A DNA stretch of 64,000 bases from NCBI GenBank assembly GCA_946965045.2, contig OX337240.1, positions 1,302,001 through 1,366,000 on the forward strand, given 5' to 3'. A program made the translations under genes and the position numbers. Shown here in pieces: positions 9,841-21,667 of this stretch. The stretch comes from Epithemia pelagica. Its lineage: Eukaryota; Protista; Bacillariophyta. Within the stretch, counting starts at the first letter, position 1. Each line of letters starts with the position of its first letter. The notes beneath the pieces were generated by a model. It saw only the letters and a list, made by a program, of their open reading frames with translations. It was not told where the DNA came from and ran no database searches.

Positions 9841-11124
9841 TTATGGCATAAAACGGGACGACCAGAGCTCAACACCAAAGAATTGGTTCCAGTTGCGCGG
9901 TGGAGGTGCTGTGAGGGAAAGGCCTGCCAAGGGTGAGGATAACGACGGCGCCGGTGGGTGGGCGCTTTCACTACGAATACTGGCCCTCGTGTGGTCGTCG
10001 TCGTCATCCTCATGATCGTCGTCGTCACGACAAGAAGAAGCACCGAAGAGAGGTTTGGATGTTCCCAATCGCAATTGTTCTGGTAACACGAGTCGAGACG
10101 CATGCAAGGCCACCGATTGGTCCGGCAAGGGCCGTTTTGTCAAGCCACTGTCGTATCGAACATCTCCCATGACAGGACACATGGCCACTTGTCCCAGCAA
10201 GGCCCGAATCATGTGACGTCGGCCTTGATGAGTGGTAATTTGAAGAACCACATATGGTGAGGAGGAGGAGGAAGACGACGACAATATGGGCAGTTCTTTC
10301 CATGTCAGAGAGCAGACTTGCCCCTTGTCACTTGATACGCTTTGTGTGGACCAACCGGTGCGAAGAACTGGTTCCATTTGTACCGTCCGTTGCTCTTGAG
10401 GGTGTGGCAACAGAATTCCCGACAGCTTATACTCGGTTGAGGAATCTACTGAACGGTGAGGGATGGTGGACGAATCGGTACTTCCATGCAATGCCATTTC
10501 ATCGTCATGATTAATCTCCCTTGTCTTTGTGTCGTCAAGGAGATTGGAAGCCGCAATTAAGCTTGGAATATGACGAGCGTAGACAACGCAATGATAAATT
10601 TTGCGTATTTGTTGCCATTGGGTTTGGATTCGACTCGCAGCTTTGCTCGTTTTTCCGAAAAGCAAGACACCCGAACACGGTTGGTCTAGTCGATGCAATG
10701 GCAACAGAAACTGCCCTTGACTTCCTCCACCCCAGTTCTGTTCTTGACAGTATGTCAAGAGGCATTGTTTACTATTCCGTGGATCCGGTTGTTCATGACT
10801 TGTGTGACGAGTCTTGCGAGTATTGGGTACGGAATGCCATCCTGGTGGTTTGTGCACCGCCAACACATGATTGTTCGAAAACAGAATCGTAGGACGGTCC
10901 AAATGACGGGCAAATCGTCGTTCTCTTCGCCGCGAATGTTCTTCATCTCGTGCCACCAATGGTAGTGAGTATCCTTTCCTTGTAACTGGCGTGACGGGGC
11001 CCAGGATTTGAGCCTTGGTATAGTAGGACCTTCCTGAGGCACTTGGCAATGGATAAGAATGTGTTGGGGATCTACATTTCCAAGATAAAGGAGTGAAACA
11101 TGTTCTCCATTGATGCCTCTTCAT
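9841..11124 (-). CDS. RluA-family pseudouridine synthase
   Basis: Motifs KPPGW, HRLD (catalytic Asp), KIYHCVV, GRRHMIR, PVMGDVRY and ALHASRL. First ATG 11124. Confidence 0.92.
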   Translation of the reverse strand: MKRHQWRTCFTPLSWKCRSPTHSYPLPSASGRSYYTKAQILGPVTPVTRKGYSLPLVARDEEHSRRRERRFARHLDRPTILFSNNHVLAVHKPPGWHSVPNTRKTRHTSHEQPDPRNSKQCLLTYCQEQNWGGGSQGQFLLPLHRLDQPCSGVLLFGKTSKAASRIQTQWQQIRKIYHCVVYARHIPSLIAASNLLDDTKTREINHDDEMALHGSTDSSTIPHRSVDSSTEYKLSGILLPHPQEQRTVQMEPVLRTGWSTQSVSSDKGQVCSLTWKELPILSSSSSSSSPYVVLQITTHQGRRHMIRALLGQVAMCPVMGDVRYDSGLTKRPLPDQSVALHASRLVLPEQLRLGTSKPLFGASSCRDDDDHEDDDDDHTRASIRSESAHPPAPSLSSPLAGLSLTAPPPRNWNQFFGVELWSSRFMP

Positions 11125-11264
11125 CGCAATCTGAATCGGATCTTTTTTGTGCAAAAAGAGGTTGGTCGCTTTTGAAAAGTCGCTTATGGGTCGCTGTTAA
11201 TTTTCTTCTCCTCCTTTCCAAACTTTCATTTGGTCGATCGAAATGAAACCATACTCCTACAACC

Positions 11265-14216
11265 ATGTCCAGCAGCAAAAGCACTTCTGATCAAAAGCTG
11301 AAAATATTGTTGTTTGGTTCGATTGGTAGTCAGATAGAACCCTTCTGTGAGAAGTTGTTGGCCTTGCAAGCGAGTAAAGCCGGGCCTTTTGATGCTGCCT
11401 TTTGTGTTGGATCTTGTCATGTGTTGCCGTTAATCCACCTCTTGAAGAAGAAGAAGCAAGAGCAAAGCACTACAGACAAGGACAATACCTCGTTGCCACT
11501 CCCCGTATTTTTGCAAGAACCATTGGAATCCATCAACACACTTATCGATCAGGGACATGAACCAGAGAAACCAACAGAGAGTGGCGGAGGCGATTCGCAA
11601 CCAACCGTCGACGACTCACAAGAACAATCACAAGATCCTGATTTTCTTCTAAAGGTGTATCCCAATTTATATATTTTGCGAAACCAATCAAGTCCTCATC
11701 GGGCCAGTGTTTGGAGTCTCCCCATTGGAAGAAGCATCAATGGACGCAAGAAACGTGAATTGGTGGTGGCTGCATGTCCTAGTCATTTGCGATCCGATTC
11801 CGATCAAGTCAAGGAACTGATGCAAAACTTACAACACGTATCGTATCGGGGATGTGACTTGCTTCTTACTACTGAATGGCCACAGGGAATTGAAACCGTT
11901 CTAAAGAATAACAGTGCCACTACAATGTCGAATCAATCTACCCTGGCAACCAAGGCAAACGGTGACGACACGAATTCCAACCAGAACACTGGACAGCCAG
12001 CAAACATCTCGTATGATATTGCCGATATCGCTTTGCAAGCCCGTGCTCGGTATCACGTGGCAGTGGCTTCGACCCAAACTCAGACTTTTGTTCAATCACC
12101 GCCCTATGCCCATTTAGCATCCTTGACCAACACTGTTCCCATCCACCACACGGGCCGCTTCTTGGCCTTGGGATCTGTGGTAGACAATGCTACCCTAAAA
12201 CAACGGGGTGGTGGAAAATTGACCAAGTTTGTTCATGCATTGGGTTTGAAACCTTTGTTCCAAATGTCGATGCAAGAATTGCAAGAGGGCGGAAACGCGG
12301 TGCTGCCATGTCCTTTCACCGATGCTGTGTATCAAATGGATGGTTCAAATAGTAGCAAGAGGGAACCGAGAAGGGCAAACTCCGCTGGTGCCAATAGGAG
12401 TAGCGTCGGAGGTTTATCTGAAGCGAGCGCACGACGTATCTTGGCCGAAGAACAATCGAAACGTTCGGGATCTACTGTTGCAGCACAGCGTTGGGCAACC
12501 AACAACTCCCGACAGAAGAATTCACAGGAGGATGGAAATGATATTGATCCCACCAATCAAACCTTGTTTGTTCATGGACTGCACAAGGATGTTACTGGCT
12601 TATTGCAATCGAGTCGTGGAGATGCAGTCTTGTTGCGTGCCTTTCAGACCTTCCAGGCCGTACAAATTCGAAAGCCTCCCAATGCTCCGACCAGTAGCTT
12701 TGCCTTTGTCGATTTTCCATCACATGCACAAGCTCTGGCTTGTTGGAAAGATCATCGATCCAATGGTATCACCGTTTCGGGTGTTCATCTGGATGTCAAA
12801 TGGGCCAGCAACAACAAACGCAAACGCGGTAATGAGCTGAACAATGACAATCCAGATATGAATCAGAAACGCACCCGCTTGACAGAAGCCACTGCCAAAG
12901 ACTCCTCCACCGTGTACTACAAATTACCGTCGGAAATGGTCTCATCTGGAGGCAATGACCGAGGAAGAATAAGTGAGATACTGCGCGTTTGGATGGAACG
13001 AACGTTGGAAGATGCCTTGGCTCCGGCAGACAATAGTGGTGAGGACGGCGGGGAACGCATCACGGCCGCGGAGGAACCAGCCCTGCGAGTCCAGGAAAGC
13101 GTTCCAGAGAAACATGAATCGGATTCTTCTGGTGCCGTTGCCAATTTTGGCTTTTTGGAGTTTGCCTCTCATGCCGCTGCGAGTATGGCGTTGGCCACTT
13201 TGACAGGTACGTGGTTTATCATTATGAAACGAGAGGATCAACAACAACGTATCTGTGTCGTTCCTATCCATTGCTCTTGATAATATATAGGTAGCACAGA
13301 TGGCGGCTTGGTTCTTTCGGATGCGCCTCGACTACCAGGGAAAGAATATAAAGGATTACGCTTTCATTGGGGACAGGGCAAGAAAGCCCAAAACGAAAAG
13401 GATATAATTGAAGATGCTTCAGGATTCAAGTTTGAACGAAAACATTTCCCGGCGGACGCGAGGAAAGACTGTTGGTTTTGCTTGGCCAGTGACGCGTGCG
13501 AAAAGCATTTGATCACCGGCGTCTACGACAAATGTTACACTGCCATGCCCAAGGGACCGGTGCACCCAGGTCATGTGTTGCTTATACCTGTACAACACGA
13601 GGATCGAGGGGCGCTCAAGAATATTCCCGTCGCGGAGGAAATGGAGGAAATCAAGGCCAAATTATATCAACACGCTTCCTTGGCATACGATATGGACATG
13701 TTTGTGTTTGAGAGAGCGATTCAGACCAAGGGAGGTTATCATTCACACGTTCAGTGCATTCCCATCCCTAGACGTCTGGGGATTAAGCTTCAAGCAACCA
13801 TGATGACACAAGCACGAAAGATTGGAATCAATTTGCGAGAAATTAGTTCAGATCTCGATATGTCCGCGTTGGTAAACAATGACGATGAGGACCAAAAAGA
13901 AAACAGTGGCTATTTCTATGCAGAGATCGTCAACACGGCATCTTTCAAGACTTCCACGACGAGCCCTGAGATAAAGAAATTTCTGTACAAGACTTCTCAA
14001 CCAAACACGGGAGACCCAGGGAGGCAAGGAAGCTCCGCCACATTGGTTCCCCTACAATTCGGTCGTGAAGTGTTGGCTGCCGTCATGGGGAAACCTGAGT
14101 TGGCGCATTGGAAAGCCTGTGTGGCAAGCCAAGAAGAGGAAACCAAACTGGCTAGGGAAATGCGGGACTCCATCGCCAAATATATGAGCGGCAAGGAAAA
14201 CAAAGTTTCATCCTAG
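11265..14216 (+). CDS. CWF19L1: CWF19-like protein 1 (Drn1) with two inserted RRM domains
   Basis: join(11265..13206,13291..14216). N-terminal phosphoesterase-like domain (KAGPFDAAFCVG, DLLLTTEWP). CwfJ domain CWFCL...KGPVHPGHVLLIP, HSHVQCIP. RNP1-like FAFVDF and FGFLEF. Confidence 0.92.
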
Positions 14217-14254
14217 AAGTGTCTTCTCCTTCTCCTTCTCCTAGAAGTGTCTTC
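14211..14254 (+). repeat. 16-bp direct repeat tcctagaagtgtcttc spanning the CWF19L1 stop, separated by (tccttc)2
   Basis: Copies at 14211-14226 and 14239-14254. Confidence 0.85.
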
Positions 14255-14857
14255 AAGAAATACAGTGAGAACATTTGTTGTCCAGTTCTTCAGCGTGTTT
14301 GAGCTTGTGCCCAATCGAGTTGCATTTAGAAGTGCTCAAAGTGTCCCCAGTTGAAACAAATCATGCCCCTACGTGTGTTTTCCTCCTTGCCATCATACCT
14401 GGGTATACTCCTCTGGCACTATGTCATACTTCCAATACACATAGTCCATTCATTGGAGGACTTCTGCGGGAGGATATATTATGATGATAATGCATTGTTT
14501 TGTTGGGCTTCGTACGGACTACGGACGGCTGAAATCTGAAAGCGCGCAGGGGCATCTTTCCAACGAGAGTCGGCGCGTCACACTTCGACAGTATGAGGTG
14601 ACGGCGGGACAAACAGAAAGAGGAACACACTTCGACCATTTGAACAGGAACACACTTCGAACCATCCCAAATGGAACTTTAGTAACTTCCGGAAGACAGA
14701 TTAAAGTTACTGATTCGAACTGGACCATTCACCGTCGCTTTCTTTCAATTCGGTGAAGTGTTATCTTCCACCTTTTAGAAAGAGCTCTGGAACCTGTGGA
14801 AGTGAAAAACACCATATTCTGTTACGCCGCCAACTTCATCTGCTTGACGACGGCACA

Positions 14858-16528
14858 ATGCTTCGAACAAACTTGGGAGCACCCGCTTCTACTTCAAACT
14901 CTCATGGGAAGAATGCGGCGGCTTCGACTATGTCGTTGTACCAAAAGTACTCGGATCTAACCAGTGGCATTGACAAGGCGCGAAGTGAACGGACCCAGCT
15001 GGAAGACCGATTGGCAAAGCTTCAAGATGAAATCAGTCAAGTCGAACAGGCAACTCTTGATTTAGGTCAAGAAAGCATTGATTCGCGTGATGATGCTGTC
15101 CATTATTTGGAAGACACTCAAAGTCGTCTAACAGATACCTTGTCCGATTTAGAAAACAAAAATGCAAAGATGGCAAACACATGTGACATGCTGGAAGAGC
15201 GGAAAATGATTTTACGCAGAACTTTTCATGATTACCAACGTCGATTTTTGGAAGAATCCCGTGAATTTCGCAGACAGTGCAAGCGATTGAGACAGCAAGC
15301 ACGATCTGCAGGACTTCCAAACGCTTTCCAAAGTGCATTCGCGGTATCTCTTGGGGGGCAGGATTTCGCAGCTCCACTCATCTTTGATTCGATTGACGAC
15401 AATGATAGCAATATTCTCGAGCTCAGTCAAGTCGTGGAGGACTCCATTTCTAGCCGAAACAGCGACGAAATGGAGTCATTGCTTGAGACTTACAATGATG
15501 ACGTGGAGCTGATGGAAAAGCTCCAGATATATAAGTCCCAGAAGAAAGAGCTGTCGTGTCTGCAGGAAAAGGTGAAAAATGTTCAACAATTACAAAGACA
15601 AGCTGAAAATGAAAGTTGTGGGGCGTCAAGACGGCGGGACAAGTTGCAAGGCCAACTAGATCGTATCATGCTCGACAATTCAAAAATGGACCTTGAAATT
15701 CGAGAAATGCAGCGGACCACTGAAGAGGCCAAGGCTCTTGCGGAGGCATTCTCTCAACGTAGGTTACATGCAATTGAATATTGTGTCGTTCCCGCTTCTC
15801 ACCTGTTTCTTATGTTCACAGAGACGGAAGCTCCTTCATCTTCTCAAAATCAGCCGAACGTTTCGAACAAACCCTCACGCCAGTCTCGACAACCGATGAC
15901 CAACCCATATCTCAAGAAGCGGTCATATCAACACACCGAACAGAAACCATCTGACAGAAAAGACGCTTTTCAAACTCCGAGAATTTGTCCGGTGACATCA
16001 TCAGATGCTGAACCACCACACCGAGAAAAACAACGATCGTCGTTGAATCGCCGACGTCGTAATCAATTTGGATCATCCCTGCTTATCACCGGTGATGCTT
16101 TGAATGAAGATACGGTGGAACAAGAGGATTCGGCGTTAGTCATTCCACACCCCGTTAGGGAACCTCAGGGATCAGGGAGAATGCGTGTCTGTATCACGCC
16201 CACACCTACTCCAGCCCAGTCGAAAATACAAACTATGTCGAAGAACCAATCAGATGAGTCTATCAATGGTGACCGACATGCTTCTAATTCCATAACCGAC
16301 GGGAAAGAGCGCGCGGCAGGCGATCGCTGTAAGCGCGAAGACGATTTGATTGAAGGTTTGAAATTTCCTGGATATTCTTCTCCGATTGTGTTTGGCCCGG
16401 GTTCAGAGACCAGTAGACCAGCGGTATCGATGAAAAGTGAACGAGAAAAGGTCATTGAGCTACTTCTAGAAGAAAAGGATGACGAAGTTGATGAGCTGCT
16501 GGATTTTGAAGGGTTGAAGAAACATTGA
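14858..16528 (+). CDS. Hypothetical coiled-coil protein with disordered C-terminus
   Basis: Heptad-rich N-terminal half. Probable 63-nt intron 15759-15821 (gtaggt...ttcacag). ATG 14858 or a later one. Confidence 0.75.
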   Translation: MLRTNLGAPASTSNSHGKNAAASTMSLYQKYSDLTSGIDKARSERTQLEDRLAKLQDEISQVEQATLDLGQESIDSRDDAVHYLEDTQSRLTDTLSDLENKNAKMANTCDMLEERKMILRRTFHDYQRRFLEESREFRRQCKRLRQQARSAGLPNAFQSAFAVSLGGQDFAAPLIFDSIDDNDSNILELSQVVEDSISSRNSDEMESLLETYNDDVELMEKLQIYKSQKKELSCLQEKVKNVQQLQRQAENESCGASRRRDKLQGQLDRIMLDNSKMDLEIREMQRTTEEAKALAEAFSQRRLHAIEYCVVPASHLFLMFTETEAPSSSQNQPNVSNKPSRQSRQPMTNPYLKKRSYQHTEQKPSDRKDAFQTPRICPVTSSDAEPPHREKQRSSLNRRRRNQFGSSLLITGDALNEDTVEQEDSALVIPHPVREPQGSGRMRVCITPTPTPAQSKIQTMSKNQSDESINGDRHASNSITDGKERAAGDRCKREDDLIEGLKFPGYSSPIVFGPGSETSRPAVSMKSEREKVIELLLEEKDDEVDELLDFEGLKKH

Positions 16529-17052
16529 TGGGCAATCTCGACTCAGCAGATTCTCTGCCATTCGGTAGCAAGACTTCGACACGCTGTATTATAATACTAA
16601 ACATGCGTTGTTCTGATCACGATTTATATCCGAGTGTGAGTGTATCCCAATTCAAACCCAGCCATCCCAATACAAGGGAACTAGAGAATGACATCGTCAT
16701 TGCCCTTTTATTCAACAAGTCACTAAAGGGTAGGGCTGAATCATTATTTTCTGCTTCTATTCGAAGAGTTTGGGATTAGGTCGCAAGTCGCAATCCGCAA
16801 CGTCTCTGTCTCTCGCGGCTTTTCAGTGTGGGACGTGGGACGGCATTGACTATGAAGGATCACCCGGCGTTTACGGTTATTTGGAGTTTGGAGGCTGTCA
16901 TGTGCCAACCTCTCAATCTCTCGTACAATCAATACTCTCGGCACTGACTGCGCGCATGCACGTATGTCTCATTTCTACGTGACAATATATTCATCGTCTC
17001 TTCCTCACTTTTTCTGGAATATCTTGAAGGCAATAAGAAACCACCATCGACC

Positions 17053-20000
17053 ATGGACGCCAACGAACTCTTGGAAGTCCTGGAGCCTCAATTTGACACT
17101 TACCAGCGAAGTACATCAGCGCGTCGAAACAAGTCTTTCGTCGAAAATCAGGCTGCTGTTGTTTTCGAGATTACCCGGGAATTTGGAACGAAGTGGCAAC
17201 AAAATTGTGAAGAGAAACCACTAAATGACAACAACGACGACAGCGAGGATGAAGAATTGTACTCTTGTCTTTCGGAAGTTCTCGTTCATTTTTTCGATTG
17301 CGCTATATCGGTAGAATATACAGCTTCGTCGAAACATTCAATCGATGCCATTTTTGAACTGTTGGCCGCGGTGGCCTCACACAAATCCATTCTCGCACAA
17401 GAAATCCTTGACCGTGTTATTGAATGCAGTCAGGTGGTTTTAGAACGCATCCGGGCCTCCTCTTGTGAGTTCATTGGTATCTTCGTATCCTTCTTGATCA
17501 AGAACAATCAGATTGTAAAGGAGCAGAAAGACGAGCTCTTGGACCAGGCATCTCAAGCCCTCATTCCACGTATAACGGACAAAGCACAATCTGTACGTCT
17601 GGCCTTCACACATGCTGCCGCGTCCTTCTTTGGTGATTTCACCAATGAGCATGGAGAACAATTGAATGGACACTACGATGACCCAGAATTACGCCAAGGA
17701 CTGCAATGGTCTCTCCAACACGATCCATCTGTAACAACCAGAGTGGCCGCGCTTGAAGCACTTCCGGTCACGCCACAAACGACTGACTTGGTCATCTCCA
17801 GACTTCGAGATCTCAAGCCAAAAGTCCGATCTGTTGCAGCAAATATTCTTGAGAACGTTAGTGTGGTACAACTTGATGCTGAACAATGTGCTGCGGTAAT
17901 CGAAGCTGGAAGTAACAGTCGGTAAGTTTCAACTTTAACGAATTGTCGCAAAGAACTCGCAAGTTTCTGACAATTCTACCAATCTGCAGTTGTGACGCCG
18001 TGAAACAAAAGACTCGTGAAATTATTTGCGTGAAATGGATGAAAGAATTCAAATATGATCCCATCAGTTTGCTCAAGAAGATTGGTGTCGTGGAGCATGA
18101 GGAAACATGCGAGAAACTTGTTCGTATCCTTCTCAATGCCGATCAAGAATATCTGTCCAAAATCCTCCCAAGAACAGAGTTTCAGCTGTACTGGGAAGAG
18201 CTTGAGGCGGCTGGAGCTGGTCTTCTCATTCAATCGAAGAAAATCGAGATTGACTTGACTAAGCTTTTCTACGTACGAGTGAAGTGCCAAAATATATCAT
18301 CAACTGGCCGAAACACGACTGTTGACGACATGCTAACTGCCATTCTACCAGATGTCCCAACACTCTGCGAACAATTTGAGCTACACGCAATGGTTCTGAT
18401 GAAGATTATGGTAGATGGTGAGCATTCCCGAATAACTCAAAACGAAGAAGAACTTACATGTGTATGCGACAATCTCTTGCAGCTTTTCGAGTACGTCGAT
18501 TTGGAGGAGGGATCCAGAGCGCATCTGAAAGAAACCATGAAAAAAATGCTCGCGTCTGTGCTGACACCAGAAGACCTAGTCGAGGGGTGCGTCCAGGCGC
18601 TGCATCGTGTGATGGGAAACCGAGAAGACTTATTCTGGGAAGCTGTCGTTGATATTACAGAAAATCTCGACTCCAAAAGCATTGAGGGGGAAGTTGACCT
18701 TGATGAAGCCGTCATTTTGCGCATTCTCGCTATTATAGCTGTGGTATGCGAAGTTTCGACCAGCGAGCTCCGAAAGGCTGTAGAAATTCAGGAGAGATTT
18801 TATGCTTTGGTGCATCCTCCCTTGTCCCACGACAACCAGTTGGTACGGGAGGCAGCTGTCGGTTGCTTAGGGAGACTCGGTGTGTTTGTGGAACCGAAAA
18901 CATTTGACGATCAATATGAGGGAGTCATGGTGAAGCTTGCGACAAGCGAATTAGAGCCAATAGCAATTCGAATCCAATCGTTGTTTGCCCTGACAGATTG
19001 GGTCATTCTTTCTCTCCCGCCTACATCAGGAATTTTGGAGAGCCTCAAGCAAATCGTCCCGGAACTGCTGGAAGACTTAGAGACAAAGGTCGTCCGCATT
19101 GCCGCCGAGGTTGCGTTGAGACTACTGTTTTCGAAGAAAGTTCCCGTTGATGATTGGATCGCGAAGCTCTTAGTGCTATTCTTCGATCCTGTTTTGTCCG
19201 CCGACAGCGATACAATAGAAGAAGACAGCGAGGAATCCATCAGCGATGTTGGAAGCCCCGAAAGACTCCAGCAACTGCTGAGCTTATTTTTCCCTACGTT
19301 CTGTATTCGTGGTGAAACGGAAAGGGGAGCTTTTCTGGACTCTGTGTCTACGATACTGGCGTTGTACCTCGAAAAAGACAAACAAAAACGCAAACGTCGA
19401 GTTCGAGCAACACCGATATCAAAGGTGCTTGATTACGTCGTTTCTACAGCAAACGGGACGGTCAGCTCTGAAGTCAGCACCGCTGAGGCCCATATCCCGA
19501 GCGGACCTGACACAGACCCCGGTCCGTCGTTTCGAGTTGCTCTACAGCTTGCGGAATTTATATCTCAAGAAATGGATGTTTGCTCCCTTTCACTTTTGCG
19601 CTCATTGTGTAAACACCTCGGGAAAATGGAATTGGACATCGAAAGTGGGAAGCATTCGAGCCATACATCTCGGCTAGGTGACACTCTGGAGGAGTTGGCA
19701 TCAGAGCTCAACGATCAGGCGTGTGTTGAATCCATTCAAACTCTGCATGAATACATTTCGAATCTGGAGATGTCAGAGCAAGAGACAAACAATAGAGGCG
19801 TTGTCGAGATACCGGAGGAAGAGACAAACAATAACGGCTTTGTCGATGCTATGGACCGTCCACCTCTATTAGAAGAAGAGGATTCGGGAGAATCACCGAA
19901 CTCTGGTATAGAAGATACCGCGAGATCAAAGACTGAACCCGTTCTGACTGATGCAGAGAAAGAAAACGGTTTTTCGATGCGTTCACCACGTGCTACAAGA

Positions 20001-20057
20001 TCCAAGCGTAAGAAATCGCGTGAAAATGGACAGTTGACACCATTGCTGTCGTTGTAA
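17053..20057 (+). CDS. NCAPG: Condensin complex subunit CAP-G (Ycg1/Cnd3)
   Basis: join(17053..17921,17990..20057). HEAT repeats PRITDKAQSVR, QHDPSVTTRVAAL and RLRDLKPKVR. Cnd3 domain VREAAVGCLG, QLLSLFFPTF. Confidence 0.88.
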
Positions 20058-20338
20058 ATTGTAGTCGGCATCAGGGAAGGGCATGGGGCAGCCAAGAAAT
20101 CATAGTAAAAATAACTGTAGTCATATCTTCGCACTTTGGAACTACCGGTAGCTTACGTCAGGTGTACTCCGATGCCAACCAACTCAGGCACTAAAGCACA
20201 GATTGTCAAATTCAAATAAGGAGATCGTGAGAATCGTGGTAGATGGAAGCATCACTCATCGCCAAGTTCTAGGAAAAGTCATGACACAGACTATTCGTGG
20301 TTGCGAAACGACACATCTGGGGAGGATTTACGCCCAGT

Positions 20339-21394
20339 TCAAGTTTTGGCTTTTTTCGTTACGTGCAACTCTTCAACAATACCATCGTTGTCATCGTCGT
20401 CTTCTTCTTTTTCACAAGCATCAAACATAGCATCTTCCAGCAACCGCAGTTTGGCACGACGGGCTAAATAATATGAAGTACCAGACAAAGAATCCACCGT
20501 TCTACCAACGTCGAGAGAAACGTTATTTTGTGTGGTGGAAGAGGTTGGTAAGAACGGGAATGACAAAATCAGTTCAAGAACCTCTAGTGTGGACTCTGCT
20601 TGTGAAAAGATTGCGTGCTGTATTGTCTCCACTGTAGATTCATTCCAATGAACACGTTCTTCCAAGCGATCCGTTGGTATTGATGACGCTGTTCGACACA
20701 AGTCTTCAGAAGAAGTGGAAACAATTATACTCGCTTCACACACCTCATGTGGTTTTGATCGATTTGTAAAATTCGTCAAACCCACGTTTTGCTTCAAACG
20801 CTTCACCATTTTATCATGAATGACGGCTTCTTTCGCCTGCGATGCATCGTGGATTGTTTCATGGCCATTCAAAGTTGGTTGGAAGGAAGTGAATTCTCCC
20901 CATGCTCGACAAGCAAAATAAAGAGATCCTGATTTCCCTTGATTTACATCACCTTCATTACCCTGGCCAGCTGTATAGTGTTTCCAACAACATATTGTTT
21001 CCAAATTAACTATCATGTAGGGACCTTTCCAAGCAAGAACTCCAGCTAGAACTTGATTGTGTTCTTCGTCATTGTCCCTATTTTGATTTTTCACACTCGG
21101 CGAATGCTTGGACCACCACCACGGAGAGCTGGAATGATTGGTGTCGTTGTTTGGCGAATGAGGAGTCGGTGACTGATCGGGTTTCCATTCAAAGGTCCAT
21201 CCCTCCATTTGCCGCCGACAAAGTTCATCTGGCTTGTTTTCATTAATGAAGGTTGCTACAGCCGAGGTGAACGCAGTATCTTCCATTTCTAACCAACGCC
21301 CCCAACGCAAACCTGTGAGTTGTCGTTGCAGTACGCTACTGAAGTACAAGAGCGGCTTATTTCGCCCATCATGGTGTCGAATCGATGAGAGCAT
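20339..21394 (-). CDS. Hypothetical protein (351 aa)
   Basis: ATG-initiated 351-aa ORF with globular-looking segments and an acidic/basic tail. No family recognised. Confidence 0.7.
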   Translation of the reverse strand: MLSSIRHHDGRNKPLLYFSSVLQRQLTGLRWGRWLEMEDTAFTSAVATFINENKPDELCRRQMEGWTFEWKPDQSPTPHSPNNDTNHSSSPWWWSKHSPSVKNQNRDNDEEHNQVLAGVLAWKGPYMIVNLETICCWKHYTAGQGNEGDVNQGKSGSLYFACRAWGEFTSFQPTLNGHETIHDASQAKEAVIHDKMVKRLKQNVGLTNFTNRSKPHEVCEASIIVSTSSEDLCRTASSIPTDRLEERVHWNESTVETIQHAIFSQAESTLEVLELILSFPFLPTSSTTQNNVSLDVGRTVDSLSGTSYYLARRAKLRLLEDAMFDACEKEEDDDDNDGIVEELHVTKKAKT

Positions 21395-21667
21395 TCTGGT
21401 CGCAGAAAAAGACTACCTGCTCTTCGGAGGATGTACCATAAAAGACCTACTCCTCTAGTAGAGACAATGGAGGATTGAGAAGAGTATCAAAAACATGTAT
21501 AAATTTGCGGGTTGGTCAGATCCTATTACATTCCAAGGGGGATTTGAGATATGCAAAATGCATGGTGGCCAACGGAGATAGAATACGGTCTGTTTTCACT
21601 AGAATTGTCCCTTCATCCTATCGATTATACGAAAGTTGTGGATTTGCTTGTTCGGAATTGATGTCCA

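Noticed and set aside
19781-19845. Short internal duplication ETNN.G.V in the CAP-G tail
   Set aside because: Ordinary slippage-type duplication in a disordered region.
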